Source of the DNA: Spirochaetia bacterium
GTDB lineage: Bacteria; Spirochaetota; Spirochaetia; UBA9216
Direction of reading: 5' to 3'
DNA: 64,000 bases
Assembly: GCA_963677925.2 (NCBI GenBank)
Contig: CAXXYH010000003.1
Location: forward strand, 1,920,001-1,984,000
The translations under genes and the position numbers were made by a program. How positions within the stretch are numbered: the stretch's first letter is position 1; each line of letters begins with the position of its first letter. This document shows, in pieces, positions 22,368 to 32,243 of the stretch. Under the pieces are notes generated by a model. That model worked only from the letters and a program-made list of their open reading frames with translations, was not told where the DNA came from and searched no databases.

Positions 22368-23546
22368 TTCCGCCTTCAGCACATCTCCAAGAGTTTTTAC
22401 TGCTGAGCGGATAACATCGGCCTCGCTCATAGTGAAATTAAGACGCATTGTCGCCAGGCCCGCTCCCTTCTCGGTGTAGAAGAACCTGCCCGGCACGTAG
22501 GCAACGTTCTGCGCAATAGCCTTCCAGTACGTCTTTTCGAGGTCCATGCCCCCAGGCCCCTCAGCCCATATAAACATTCCGCCTTCAGGTTTTGAGAAAG
22601 TGAATCCTGCAGGAAAAAATTCATCAAGAGCTTCAAGCATGGCCCTGTGTTTCGGCCGGTACAGTTCAATAATTCTTGGAATCTGTTCTTTAATATAGCC
22701 ACCCTCAAGATATTCGGCAGCTATAGCCTGACCGAGGGTTGAGCTGTGCAGATCAACGCCCTGCTTAATTATAATAAGCCATTTCTGGATGGACTCGGGG
22801 GCGGCACAGATACCCAGCCGCAGACCGGGTGCCAGAACCTTTGAAAGAGTCGTTATATATACGACATTTTCAGGTGCAAATGTCTTTATGGGAGGCAGAA
22901 CCTCGCCGGTATATCTGAGGTTACTGTAGGGGTCATCTTCAATCAGCAGAGCGCCGTACTTAATGATAATCTCAGCAATTGCTTTTCGTCGTTCAAGGTT
23001 CAGGCTGCGGCCCGTCGGATTCTGAAATGTAGGAACTGTATAGATAAATTTAATTTTATGATTTTTAAGTGTATTCTCCAGAGATTCGGGAATAAGACCG
23101 TCTTCATCCATCTCCATGCTTACAAATTCCGGCTGATAGGGACGAAAGGCCTGAATTGCGCCGAGATAGGTAGGAGCTTCAACGGCTATTTTATCCCCCT
23201 TGGAAATGCATACCATGCCCAGCGCATCAAGTACTCCCTGAGAACCGCTTTGAACGATAATCTGCTGCGGAGAAGCAGTAATTCCACGATCACCGAGGTA
23301 GCTGCTTAGAACTTCGCGCAGCGGAGCAAAGCCTTCGGTCAGATCATACTGGAACGCGGCTGGTCCGTATTTGGAGAGAACGCGGTCTGAAAGCTCTTTT
23401 ATAATCTCCATGGGAAAGCTTTCAGGTGAAGGAATGCCACCTGCAAGCGAAACCATTCCCGGCTGCCCGACAACCTTGAGAATTTCTCTTATGGCACTGG
23501 CTCCCATCGATTCAGTTCTTTCAGCGAGTATATTTGTAAAGTCCAT
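22362..23546 (-). CDS. PLP-dependent class I aminotransferase (2-aminoadipate/aromatic, LysN-like)
   Basis: [49 protein letters not shown]. Confidence 0.9.
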   Translation of the reverse strand: MDFTNILAERTESMGASAIREILKVVGQPGMVSLAGGIPSPESFPMEIIKELSDRVLSKYGPAAFQYDLTEGFAPLREVLSSYLGDRGITASPQQIIVQSGSQGVLDALGMVCISKGDKIAVEAPTYLGAIQAFRPYQPEFVSMEMDEDGLIPESLENTLKNHKIKFIYTVPTFQNPTGRSLNLERRKAIAEIIIKYGALLIEDDPYSNLRYTGEVLPPIKTFAPENVVYITTLSKVLAPGLRLGICAAPESIQKWLIIIKQGVDLHSSTLGQAIAAEYLEGGYIKEQIPRIIELYRPKHRAMLEALDEFFPAGFTFSKPEGGMFIWAEGPGGMDLEKTYWKAIAQNVAYVPGRFFYTEKGAGLATMRLNFTMSEADVIRSAVKTLGDVLKAEL

Positions 23547-23570
23547 GGTTCTCTCCTATTACAGACATGA

Positions 23571-23588
23571 TATTTGAAATTTCAAATA
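23571..23588. promoter_or_regulatory. Perfect 18-bp palindrome inside the aminotransferase promoter (candidate operator)
   Basis: TATTTGAAATTTCAAATA lies within minus-strand TTGATC-18 nt-TATCAT. Confidence 0.6.
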
Positions 23589-23649
23589 AAGATCAAGCAA
23601 CAATACATAGAATAATGACGGGCACAGATTAATAATTTATAATCAGCCT

Positions 23650-24501
23650 ATGGATTATACTACTGCAATAGAAGAAAGAACCTCTGTACGAACCTTTGCC
23701 GAAAAAGCTCTTACAGAGAATGACATAAACCTAGTAAAAGATATTATCGATAGCTCTGCACAGCCTCCCGGATTTCTTGACTGTGAAATCAGTCTCAAAT
23801 TCATAGATCTGCAGAGTTCCGGGGTATCCCGGAGCAGCCGCCTGGGAACATACGGAATTATTAAAAATCCTCAGGGATTTATAGCTGCGGTATGCGGTAA
23901 TGATGAGTGTTCCATGCTGAAAACGGGCTTTGTGCTGGAAGATGCTGTACTCAGGCTCTCTGAGGCAGGAATAGGAACCTGCTGGCTGGGCGGAACGTTT
24001 AAACGTAAATCCTTCATGGAGGCGGCTGAATGCAGCGGCAACAATTTTATTCCGGTTGTTTCACCAATCGGTTATCCGGCGGAACGTAAATCTATGGCGG
24101 ATAAAATGGTACGCGGTGTCGCTCGTTCACATACACGAAAAAGCTGGGAAACCCTTTTTTTCTCAGCCGATTTTAATTCATCTCTGGAAAAGGAAACTTC
24201 CGCCGAACTCAGCGGACCGCTTCAGATGGTTCAGCTTGCCCCGTCTGCATCAAACAAACAGCCGTGGCTGCTGCTTGTTTCAGAGGATAAAAGGAATGTT
24301 CATTTTTACCTTGATGAAAATCCGGGTTATAATAAAAGCATTGGATACAGTATCCAGCACGTCGATATGGGAATTGCTATGTGTCATTTTGAACGGGGCT
24401 GTACAGATCTCGGGCTTTCAGGTAACTGGATTGCAACTAACCCTCTTCTCCCTCTGCCCCGAGACAATGTGAAGTATATTTCTACTTTCAGCCTGATTTA
24501 A
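23650..24501 (+). CDS. Nitroreductase family protein (two-domain)
   Basis: RTSVRTF, GIGTCWLGGTF, LAPSASNKQPW, VDMGIAMCHF. Confidence 0.88.
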   Translation: MDYTTAIEERTSVRTFAEKALTENDINLVKDIIDSSAQPPGFLDCEISLKFIDLQSSGVSRSSRLGTYGIIKNPQGFIAAVCGNDECSMLKTGFVLEDAVLRLSEAGIGTCWLGGTFKRKSFMEAAECSGNNFIPVVSPIGYPAERKSMADKMVRGVARSHTRKSWETLFFSADFNSSLEKETSAELSGPLQMVQLAPSASNKQPWLLLVSEDKRNVHFYLDENPGYNKSIGYSIQHVDMGIAMCHFERGCTDLGLSGNWIATNPLLPLPRDNVKYISTFSLI

Positions 24502-25163
24502 TCGAAGCGTCCCAGTTTAACCGAAAGAACAGCAAGGCCGGAGGAAAGGTCTTCCCTCTGGACTACAACATCTTCGGGCACCTGGAGTTTGATTGGTGAG
24601 AAATTCCAGATTCCTTTGATTCCGGCGGCAATAAGGTTGTCCGCCGCTTCCTGGGCTGCTTCTCTCGGAACAGTGATAATTCCAAGTTTTACATGCATCC
24701 TCAAAGCTAGATCTTTAATCTGCTCGATAGGAAGTATTTTTTTTCCATGAATTGTTTTTCCGATAACTGAAGGAGAACTGTCGAATGCCGCGACTATATT
24801 CAGACCATGGTTCTGGAAACCGTTGTAACCCAGAAGGGCGGAACCCAGAGCTCCTGCTCCCATAAGAAACGCGTCAGTGAGATTATTCCAGCCTAAAAAT
24901 TTATTGATTGTAGAAATAAGTTCATTAACCTTGAAGCCTTTTTTAGGCTTCCCGATGATTCCTGTATGTGCAAGATCCTTTCTTACCTGTATCGGTTTAA
25001 GAAACAGAACTTCAGAAAAATCGGTAGTGGAAATCCACTCTTTACCTTCGCGCTCAAATTCTTCAAGTACTGTCAGATACAACGGCAGTCGTCTGACTGA
25101 AGGTAACGGAACGCTGGTTTTAAGGAACTCATTCTCATTCTCATTCTCATTCAATGTAGTCAC
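24498..25163 (-). CDS. rex: Redox-sensing transcriptional repressor Rex
   Basis: RRLPLYL, QVRKDLA, GAGALGSALLGY, GIWNFSP; GTG start after GGAGA. Confidence 0.92.
   Translation of the reverse strand: MTTLNENENENEFLKTSVPLPSVRRLPLYLTVLEEFEREGKEWISTTDFSEVLFLKPIQVRKDLAHTGIIGKPKKGFKVNELISTINKFLGWNNLTDAFLMGAGALGSALLGYNGFQNHGLNIVAAFDSSPSVIGKTIHGKKILPIEQIKDLALRMHVKLGIITVPREAAQEAADNLIAAGIKGIWNFSPIKLQVPEDVVVQREDLSSGLAVLSVKLGRFD
25128..25151. repeat. (CTCATT)x4 in-frame microsatellite in the rex 5' end
   Basis: Four exact hexamers encoding NENENENE. Confidence 0.9.
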
Positions 25164-25306
25164 TCTCCATCTAAGAAATCATATTCTAACATAGTCTTGA
25201 ATTTCGATCAATCTTGACATTTTTTGTTCATATAATGGTAAATAATACCATATCGATATATTTTTACCAAATTAATTCTGAGAATTCGAACTGAAAGAAG
25301 GCAAAA

Positions 25307-25900
25307 TCAGCCGGAAAGTCCGAAATAAGCCCCGATACCGGACAGAAGCATCTGTACGGCAAGCGTGGTAAGTATCATTCCCATAAGCCGTTCAATGGCC
25401 TTGAGTATCCTTGTTCCAAGAATCTTTCTAATCGAATCAGAAAGGACAAGAACTATAGAGGTGACAGCTGCGGCAATTATTATTGAAATTAAAATTGTAA
25501 CAAGTTTATCAGGATACTGAGCAGAAACAAGCATTACGTATGCAGTAGATGAAGGCCCGGCCAGCATAGGTACAGCGAGAGGAACAATGAGAGGATCATC
25601 ATCAAAACTCTCCTCCTTTCCCCCGGAACGGGCAGGAAAAATCATTTTCAATGCGATGATAAATAGAACGACACCCCCGGAAATATTGAGAGCAGCCTGC
25701 TCAATATGCAGTCCGTTGAGAATATGGCGTCCGAAAAAAAGAAAGAAAATAAGTATAACAAATGCGATCAGGCTTTCTCTGATGATAATCAAACGACGTT
25801 TTGCCGGAGCAAATTTACCGAGGATCCCGAGAAAAATAGGAATGTTTCCAAAGGGGTCCATAATGAGAATAAGAGTGAGTGCTACAGTATAAATATTCAT
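25307..25900 (-). CDS. marC: MarC family integral membrane protein
   Basis: IMDPFGNIPIF, IVPLAVPMLAGP, ERLMGMIL; about 6 TMs. Confidence 0.92.
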   Translation of the reverse strand: MNIYTVALTLILIMDPFGNIPIFLGILGKFAPAKRRLIIIRESLIAFVILIFFLFFGRHILNGLHIEQAALNISGGVVLFIIALKMIFPARSGGKEESFDDDPLIVPLAVPMLAGPSSTAYVMLVSAQYPDKLVTILISIIIAAAVTSIVLVLSDSIRKILGTRILKAIERLMGMILTTLAVQMLLSGIGAYFGLSG

Positions 25901-26008
25901 AGTCTAATCATGTATTAAATTCAATTTTAATAAAAGTCAAGGTTTTCAATTGGTTCTAAAACTGGTAGTATCATTGGGCACCACTTAGTATCTATCAGGG
26001 ATCATTAG

Positions 26009-28318
26009 ATGAGAAAACTATTTCTTAACATAATCAAGCATTCTACGCTGGTAATAATAATTACCGTGATTGTAACTGCTTTTTTCGGAATCAGCGCTCT
26101 AAAGCTGAAAATCGACCCGTCGATTGAAAACCTTATACCCGAACACAGCGAAGTAACTCAGCTGCTTCAGAAATACGGGACCGAGAGTTCTGCTGACGGT
26201 TATTTTATTGTTGCGATTTCGAGCGATGATCCGTTTACTCTTGAAGGTCTTCAGGCCTTTGATAAAAGTATCCATGAAATTGAAACCTTAACAGGAATCA
26301 GTAGAGGTATAACACCATTTAATGCAGTGGTTTTTACAAAATCCGGCCGTCAGCTGAAGGTAGGAACACTCTCACCGGAAAGCCGCGCACCTCAGTCAGA
26401 AGAGGAACTGGCAGACTTTAAGGAACTCCTGGTTGATAACCCATTCTACGCCGGTACGCTAATTTCCAGAGACGGAAAAACACTTAGTGCAGTATTCCCC
26501 AGCGAGCCGCTTACTGATGAAGCCGAAGTCTTTATGCAGGAATACAGCCTGATCAGAGCGGAACTTGAAAAATACTACCGTGTATACACAACCGGAGACG
26601 TTCCTATCTCAGATCGCAGCAATACATATCTGAGTAAAGATCTTGTAAAGCTCTTTCTTTTTGCCCTGGCCTTTATGCTCGTATCATTTTACTTCGGATT
26701 CAGATCAAAACGCTCGTTCCTTCTTCCTATATCAGTAGTCCTTGCCGGAACTGTATGGACTCTCGGTTTCATGGCCCTGATGGGTTATCAGCTTAACGTT
26801 GTCAGCCTTACAATTCCTCCGCTAGTCCTAAGTATAGGCAGCTCATACACAATACATATACTCAACCAGTATTACCGTGACGCACAGCCCGATCGAAAAG
26901 ATAAACTCTGGATCGTTGAGGCGACACTTCATATAAATAAAACAGTATTTCTTGCCTGTCTCACAACGGTAGTAGGCTTCATGAGCCTGTTGTTCACATC
27001 AATTGACCAGACCAAGGAATTCGGAATATCAACTAGTTTCGGTATCACAGCCTGTATGATTCTTTCCAGCTTCTACCTTCCTGCAATGCTGTCAAAAATC
27101 CGGCCTCCTACAGAGGACCAGAAGCAGAATGTCCTGACCGGAGTATTCGCTCAGAATATGGGGAAACTCGGTGACTTTGTTTACCGTTTCCGCTACATGG
27201 TTCTTGTTCTCTTTGCTGTCATTCTGGGGCTTTTCATCTACGCCTATCCGAGGATTCCCTCTCAGTCCGACTACATGTCCTACTTTCCGAAGGACGACTC
27301 GGTAGTACAGGAAACAAGCTATATTCTGGAGAATGTCGGCGGCTATCAGACCATGAATGTGACTATAACAGCGCCTGATAATGAAAAGAATTACTTCCTT
27401 CAGCCTGAGGTCCTGGAGCAGGTTTCAGATTTTGAACTTGAGATACTTGAGGATGCCGATGTGACTTCTGTGTCTTCAATCAGCTTTTATATCAGGGAGC
27501 TGAATTTTCTCATGAACGGTAAAAAGGAAATACCGAGTCAGAAAGGCCTCATCAGCCTGCTTTCGAGGTATCTCAAACTCATAAGATCTTCTGAGGATGC
27601 AAACGATACAATCAGGCAGATGACCAACGATGATTTCTCAAGAATCACACTGACATTTAAAATATACAACAGCCGGAATAACCGGATTCTTGCCGAAGCG
27701 GCACTGGGAGCTCTTGTTGACAGATTCAACATAAGCATGGATAAACACCTTAAGGACATGGACGTTGCTCTCTGGTCGGTTGATCTGAGATATCTTTACC
27801 TTTCAGAAATGCTTACCCGTGATCAGAATAAATCAATTCTCGCAGCAATTATCTTTGTGTTCATTATTGCACTGATTTATTTCAGAAATATAGGTTTTGC
27901 TGTTCTGACCCTGACGCCCCTTTTCAGCGGTCTGATGCTGAACTTTATCTGCATGGCCTTCCTGAAAATTCCGCTGGATATGACAACGCTGATGGTGACA
28001 TCGATTGTAATAGGTGTAGGTGTTGATAATGCTATTCACTACAATATTCAGTTCAAGAAGAACTTTGACCTGATAGGAAAAGTAAAAGAAGCGATTAATC
28101 TTACACATATGGAAGCCGGCCGGCCGATAATGCACACTACCATTTCAATAGTGGGCGGGCTGCTGTTTCTGGTTCTTTCCAGCTTCAGAGGTATTTCCTA
28201 TTTCGGCCTGCTTATCTGCTTCACACTGACATTTACAATGGTGGGGACCCTGGTGCTGCTTCCCGCATTTATCGGAAGTTTCTACAAAAACAAGGTCAAA
28301 ATCAATTCTGCTGAATAA
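26009..28318 (+). CDS. MMPL/RND family transporter
   Basis: Two repeats of TM + large loop + 5 TMs; LACLTTVVGF, IVIGVGVDNAIHY. Confidence 0.88.
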   Translation: MRKLFLNIIKHSTLVIIITVIVTAFFGISALKLKIDPSIENLIPEHSEVTQLLQKYGTESSADGYFIVAISSDDPFTLEGLQAFDKSIHEIETLTGISRGITPFNAVVFTKSGRQLKVGTLSPESRAPQSEEELADFKELLVDNPFYAGTLISRDGKTLSAVFPSEPLTDEAEVFMQEYSLIRAELEKYYRVYTTGDVPISDRSNTYLSKDLVKLFLFALAFMLVSFYFGFRSKRSFLLPISVVLAGTVWTLGFMALMGYQLNVVSLTIPPLVLSIGSSYTIHILNQYYRDAQPDRKDKLWIVEATLHINKTVFLACLTTVVGFMSLLFTSIDQTKEFGISTSFGITACMILSSFYLPAMLSKIRPPTEDQKQNVLTGVFAQNMGKLGDFVYRFRYMVLVLFAVILGLFIYAYPRIPSQSDYMSYFPKDDSVVQETSYILENVGGYQTMNVTITAPDNEKNYFLQPEVLEQVSDFELEILEDADVTSVSSISFYIRELNFLMNGKKEIPSQKGLISLLSRYLKLIRSSEDANDTIRQMTNDDFSRITLTFKIYNSRNNRILAEAALGALVDRFNISMDKHLKDMDVALWSVDLRYLYLSEMLTRDQNKSILAAIIFVFIIALIYFRNIGFAVLTLTPLFSGLMLNFICMAFLKIPLDMTTLMVTSIVIGVGVDNAIHYNIQFKKNFDLIGKVKEAINLTHMEAGRPIMHTTISIVGGLLFLVLSSFRGISYFGLLICFTLTFTMVGTLVLLPAFIGSFYKNKVKINSAE

Positions 28319-28332
28319 ATTTTGAATATTGA

Positions 28333-29559
28333 TCAGCAATGATTCCTGTGGTCCACCCTCTGCAGTACAGCTATAACAGCAAGATATATTACTGCCAGGA
28401 CGGCCACCAGAGGCCATATAAAGGCTGTTCCAATGGAATCCACGAATACTCCGGAAAGAGCCGGAGTAATCGAGCCGCCTATTCCGTAAAGCATATTTCT
28501 CAGACCGTTTATACGGCCGCGCTGATTTACAGGGGTATGATTGGCAACAAAAACACCTTCATTCGTCACCATGATAACCTCACCTACCGTCCATATCACT
28601 GTTGAGATTAAAAAAAGAGCTGCATTAGTTTTCAGAAAGAAGAGCATTCCGAATCCAACTGCATAGCAGAGACTTCCGTATTTTAAATTCTTCAACGGCA
28701 CATTATGTTCAAGAATCCTGAGAACCAGCGGAGTAACGATCAGAACAGTTACCGCATTTACCGACATAATGATTCCGTAAAAACCGGCACTTCCGCTGCC
28801 CATGTATTTCTGAAGCTGCAGAGGAAGTGTAAATGTATGCTGAGAGTATACAAAAGAAAGAACCACAGACATCACCAGAAAGACCGACAGGACAGGGCGT
28901 TTCAGAAGCGCACTGAAAACACCGCCCTCCTCAGCTCTCTCGTGACCGGAAGCTTCCTTCTGCTCTTCTTCGGAAGGCATTGTTTCAGGAACCTTCAGGG
29001 CGACAAGAACAACAGCAAAAAGAGTCGTCAGCGCATCACCCCAGAAAAGCCAGTGACGATAGCTGTTAAACAGAAAACCCGCAATTACCGGGCCGATTGA
29101 GACTCCTATATTTATTCCCAGATAAAGAAGCGACATAGCCTTCTGCCTCTGTTCCCGGGTCGTAAGATCGGTAATCATGGCGGAACTAACAGGCTGTGCA
29201 GCTCCCAGAAAAAACTGGGAAAGAATAAGGGGCCATAAGAGCCACCTTGCCTCAGGATAAAAACCGCATAAGCCTATAGAAGCTGCGCCGAGAAACTGTG
29301 CCGAAAGCATTATTTTTTTCCTGCCCGAGAAATCAGTCAGGCGGCCGCCGGACAGGCTTCCCAGCATCGCGGCAATGACACTTAGAGTGATTAGAAGTCC
29401 GGTCTGCTTTTCATCATAGCCCAGCACTGCTGTCAGATAGAGTGTCAGAAAGAATCTTACAAAGTCGCCCATTCTACTGACGATGCGACAGAAAAAAAGA
29501 ATATATACCGGGCCCGGCAGACCCTGATAGGGGAAGGCTTTTAACAACAGTTTTTTCAT
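28333..29559 (-). CDS. MFS transporter
   Basis: Motif A GRLTDFSGRKK; NIGVSIGPVIAG; about 12 TMs. Confidence 0.9.
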   Translation of the reverse strand: MKKLLLKAFPYQGLPGPVYILFFCRIVSRMGDFVRFFLTLYLTAVLGYDEKQTGLLITLSVIAAMLGSLSGGRLTDFSGRKKIMLSAQFLGAASIGLCGFYPEARWLLWPLILSQFFLGAAQPVSSAMITDLTTREQRQKAMSLLYLGINIGVSIGPVIAGFLFNSYRHWLFWGDALTTLFAVVLVALKVPETMPSEEEQKEASGHERAEEGGVFSALLKRPVLSVFLVMSVVLSFVYSQHTFTLPLQLQKYMGSGSAGFYGIIMSVNAVTVLIVTPLVLRILEHNVPLKNLKYGSLCYAVGFGMLFFLKTNAALFLISTVIWTVGEVIMVTNEGVFVANHTPVNQRGRINGLRNMLYGIGGSITPALSGVFVDSIGTAFIWPLVAVLAVIYLAVIAVLQRVDHRNHC

Positions 29560-29622
29560 TAATGTATAAAAACACAGAAAACCGCCTTTTACAAGTATCA
29601 GGGCAGGGTTATAATTTCACAC

Positions 29623-30840
29623 ATGCCCTGCAGATGTGAACTTAAAAAGAAAATAAAAGACGCAGCCATTCCATGGGTACCCGAACGAACTGTTTACATG
29701 GACTATAATTCTACAACACCCGTAGATCCGCGAGTCCTCGGCAGTTTTGAACGTGTCTGCCGCAGAACCTGGGGCAACCCCTCCAGCATACACTCTGCAG
29801 GGGTTGAGTCCTGGATGGAGATGGAAAGCCTCATTGAAACAGCCGCTGACTGGACAGGCTGCAGCCCGGAAGGTTTTTTCTGCTGTGCCGGAGGAACTGA
29901 CGCCTTGAATACACTGATTCTCGGCTCAGCTGTTCGCAATCCGGATGCGGTATTTATAACAGAAACTACATGCCACTCTTCAGTAAAGCATCCGCTTTTT
30001 CATCTTGAAAAAAAGAGTCCGGCAGCTCCTTTCGGCTTCAGGGGCTCCGTCCTTGAACTGGAAGTCAACAGCGACGGAACAGTTAATCTTGAACAGCTTA
30101 CTCATAAGCTTGGAGCTCAGCTTAAGCATGAAAGAAAAGGCATACTGATAATATCTCCGGTCAACCATGAAACGGGAGCTATCCAGCCGATAAAAGAGAT
30201 TTACAGGATAACTTCAGAATCGGGCGCAGTACTGATTCTTGATGCTGTACAGGCGGCTGCCAGGCTTTCACCATCCGAATGGGCTCCCTACTGTGACGCC
30301 TTCTGCCTCAGCGGTCATAAACTTTACGCACCTAAGGGCATAGGACTTGTATGGAAACGCACCGGACTGAAAATCAGCGGTCTAAGATTTGGCGGCTCTG
30401 CGGGAAACTCACCTTTTCCGGGCACCGAGAATGTACCTGGAGCCGCAGCCCTATCGGACGCAATCAGGCTTATGCAGAAAGACTTTGATGAGGAAAACAG
30501 GGTGATGACCAGCCTGATGAAAGACGGTCTGCGGATCCTTGAACAGAAGGGTGTTGAGTTTATTTTGGAAAGCCCTGAAAACAGAGCTCCCGGGGTCTGC
30601 TGTATCAGTCTTAAGCAGCAGACTGATATGGAAAAGCTCATACTGGATCTCAACAGCAGGGGAATCTGCATCAGCCGCTTTTCCGCCTGTACAGGACGGC
30701 TCGACGGAGAGTCAGCAGTTTTGAAGAATATGGGCCGGAACGGGAAAAGGGCCTCTCAGTCTCTGAGGATCTCACTGGGAAGGTGGAGCAAGCGTGAAGA
30801 TTTCTTCAGACTAGCCGAAGCTTTGTTAGAAAGCAGTTAG
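29623..30840 (+). CDS. Cysteine desulfurase (IscS/NifS, class V aminotransferase), divergent
   Basis: YMDYNSTTP, GNPSSIH, NHETGAIQP, LDAVQA, SGHKLYAPKG (PLP Lys), GTENVPG, FSACTG (catalytic Cys), LRISLG. Confidence 0.85.
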   Translation: MPCRCELKKKIKDAAIPWVPERTVYMDYNSTTPVDPRVLGSFERVCRRTWGNPSSIHSAGVESWMEMESLIETAADWTGCSPEGFFCCAGGTDALNTLILGSAVRNPDAVFITETTCHSSVKHPLFHLEKKSPAAPFGFRGSVLELEVNSDGTVNLEQLTHKLGAQLKHERKGILIISPVNHETGAIQPIKEIYRITSESGAVLILDAVQAAARLSPSEWAPYCDAFCLSGHKLYAPKGIGLVWKRTGLKISGLRFGGSAGNSPFPGTENVPGAAALSDAIRLMQKDFDEENRVMTSLMKDGLRILEQKGVEFILESPENRAPGVCCISLKQQTDMEKLILDLNSRGICISRFSACTGRLDGESAVLKNMGRNGKRASQSLRISLGRWSKREDFFRLAEALLESS

Positions 30841-30881
30841 TCATATTGCTTTAATTCCGGATTCCGAATAGATTGAACCTG

Positions 30882-32243
30882 ATGAGAAGCCCCAAAGATC
30901 ATACAGAAGAACTTCTCAACCTCAGCCCGACAGTTCTTTTTTTCAGGCTGTCGGTTCCGGGCATAATCGGAATGCTTGTTTTCGGGCTCTACCAGTTTGT
31001 CGACGGCATTTTCGTCGGACAGTTTGTCGGTCCTGAAGGAATGGGAGCAGTAGGCCTGGCCTACCCTCTTTCACTTCTTAACAATGCAGTCTCAGGCCTC
31101 ATTGGCGCAGGAGCCTCTTCTGTTCTATCAAGAAGTATAGGCCGACGGGATATGGAAACCAGGCAGAGACTGTTTCCTGCAGTTTTTCTGCTTAATTTAA
31201 TAATTTCCGGCTCACTATCCATCATCTCATACGTATATGCCCCATGGCTTGTGGACTTCATGGGCGGTGAAGGCCTGATGCTTGAGCTTGGTGTTATCTA
31301 TATGCGGACTATTGTTATCGGAACTTTTTTCATCAACTTTGCCGCATCATCAAACATGCTTATAAGAGCAGGCGGACTGATGAAGGAGGCAATGATATTT
31401 CTGGGGTCCGGAGCGGTTCTCAACCTGATTCTTGATCCCATACTGATAAAAACCCTCGATCTGGGAATAGCCGGAGCGGGGGCGGCAACTGTTATTTCAC
31501 AGGTTGTGAGTCTGATTCTAAGTATCATTCATTTCAACTCAAAAAAAACAGTTATAAAATTCAGCCTGAATATTCGCAAAATCGACCCGAAGCACATTTC
31601 GGAAATACTTAAAATCGGATTCTCTTCAATGGCTCTTCCGGTGATGGCTATTGTTGAAATAGTTGTGGCCTACCGGCTCCTGAATATTTATGCGGAAATA
31701 AATGATGTTATTGCACTCGGAACAATTTTCAAGATATTCAGTCTGCTGCTTCCGCCTGTATGGGGAATTGCCCAGGGCATGCAGCCCTTCATCGGTGTAA
31801 ATGAGGGCGCCGGAAAAAGGGAACGGCTGCTGCACGGTTTTACGGTATTCACCGTTTACGCTACGGTATTTACAACAGCACTCTGGGCATTCCTTGCTTT
31901 CTTCCCAAGAACAGTTACCGGATGGTTCATTACAGATACTGCCGTTCTCGATTTAATCTATCATGCACCCAGGATATTCTTCTTCCTGTATCCCGTATAC
32001 GGCTTTTTATTCAATACCCTGATTCTGCTCCAGGCAACAGGAAGGGCAAAGCAGGCGGCGATATTCGTGACATTGAGGATGCTTTTATTCTTCGTTCCGC
32101 CCATGCTGATTATATGTCCCTACTTCGGGGCTATTGGAGTATGGCTGGCAAACCCCATTGCCGATCTTCTATCCAGTATAGCGGTGCTGATAGCATTAAG
32201 GTATTTCATCAAATCAATTAGACGCGATCAGGTATATGTATAA
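30882..32243 (+). CDS. MATE family efflux transporter
   Basis: YQFVDGIFVG, NLILDPIL, GAGAATVISQ, QGMQPFIG. ATG 30882 chosen because a promoter ends 7 nt upstream. Confidence 0.9.
   Translation: MRSPKDHTEELLNLSPTVLFFRLSVPGIIGMLVFGLYQFVDGIFVGQFVGPEGMGAVGLAYPLSLLNNAVSGLIGAGASSVLSRSIGRRDMETRQRLFPAVFLLNLIISGSLSIISYVYAPWLVDFMGGEGLMLELGVIYMRTIVIGTFFINFAASSNMLIRAGGLMKEAMIFLGSGAVLNLILDPILIKTLDLGIAGAGAATVISQVVSLILSIIHFNSKKTVIKFSLNIRKIDPKHISEILKIGFSSMALPVMAIVEIVVAYRLLNIYAEINDVIALGTIFKIFSLLLPPVWGIAQGMQPFIGVNEGAGKRERLLHGFTVFTVYATVFTTALWAFLAFFPRTVTGWFITDTAVLDLIYHAPRIFFFLYPVYGFLFNTLILLQATGRAKQAAIFVTLRMLLFFVPPMLIICPYFGAIGVWLANPIADLLSSIAVLIALRYFIKSIRRDQVYV

Noticed and set aside
25214-25270. TTGACA and TATAAT on the plus strand plus small palindromes upstream of rex
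   Set aside because: The boxes are only 11 nt apart, and the short AT-rich palindromes do not match a Rex box.
25895-29600. marC and MFS starts as further leaderless genes
   Set aside because: Neither has an SD, but their -10 matches (CATGAT, TTTTAT) are too weak to count.
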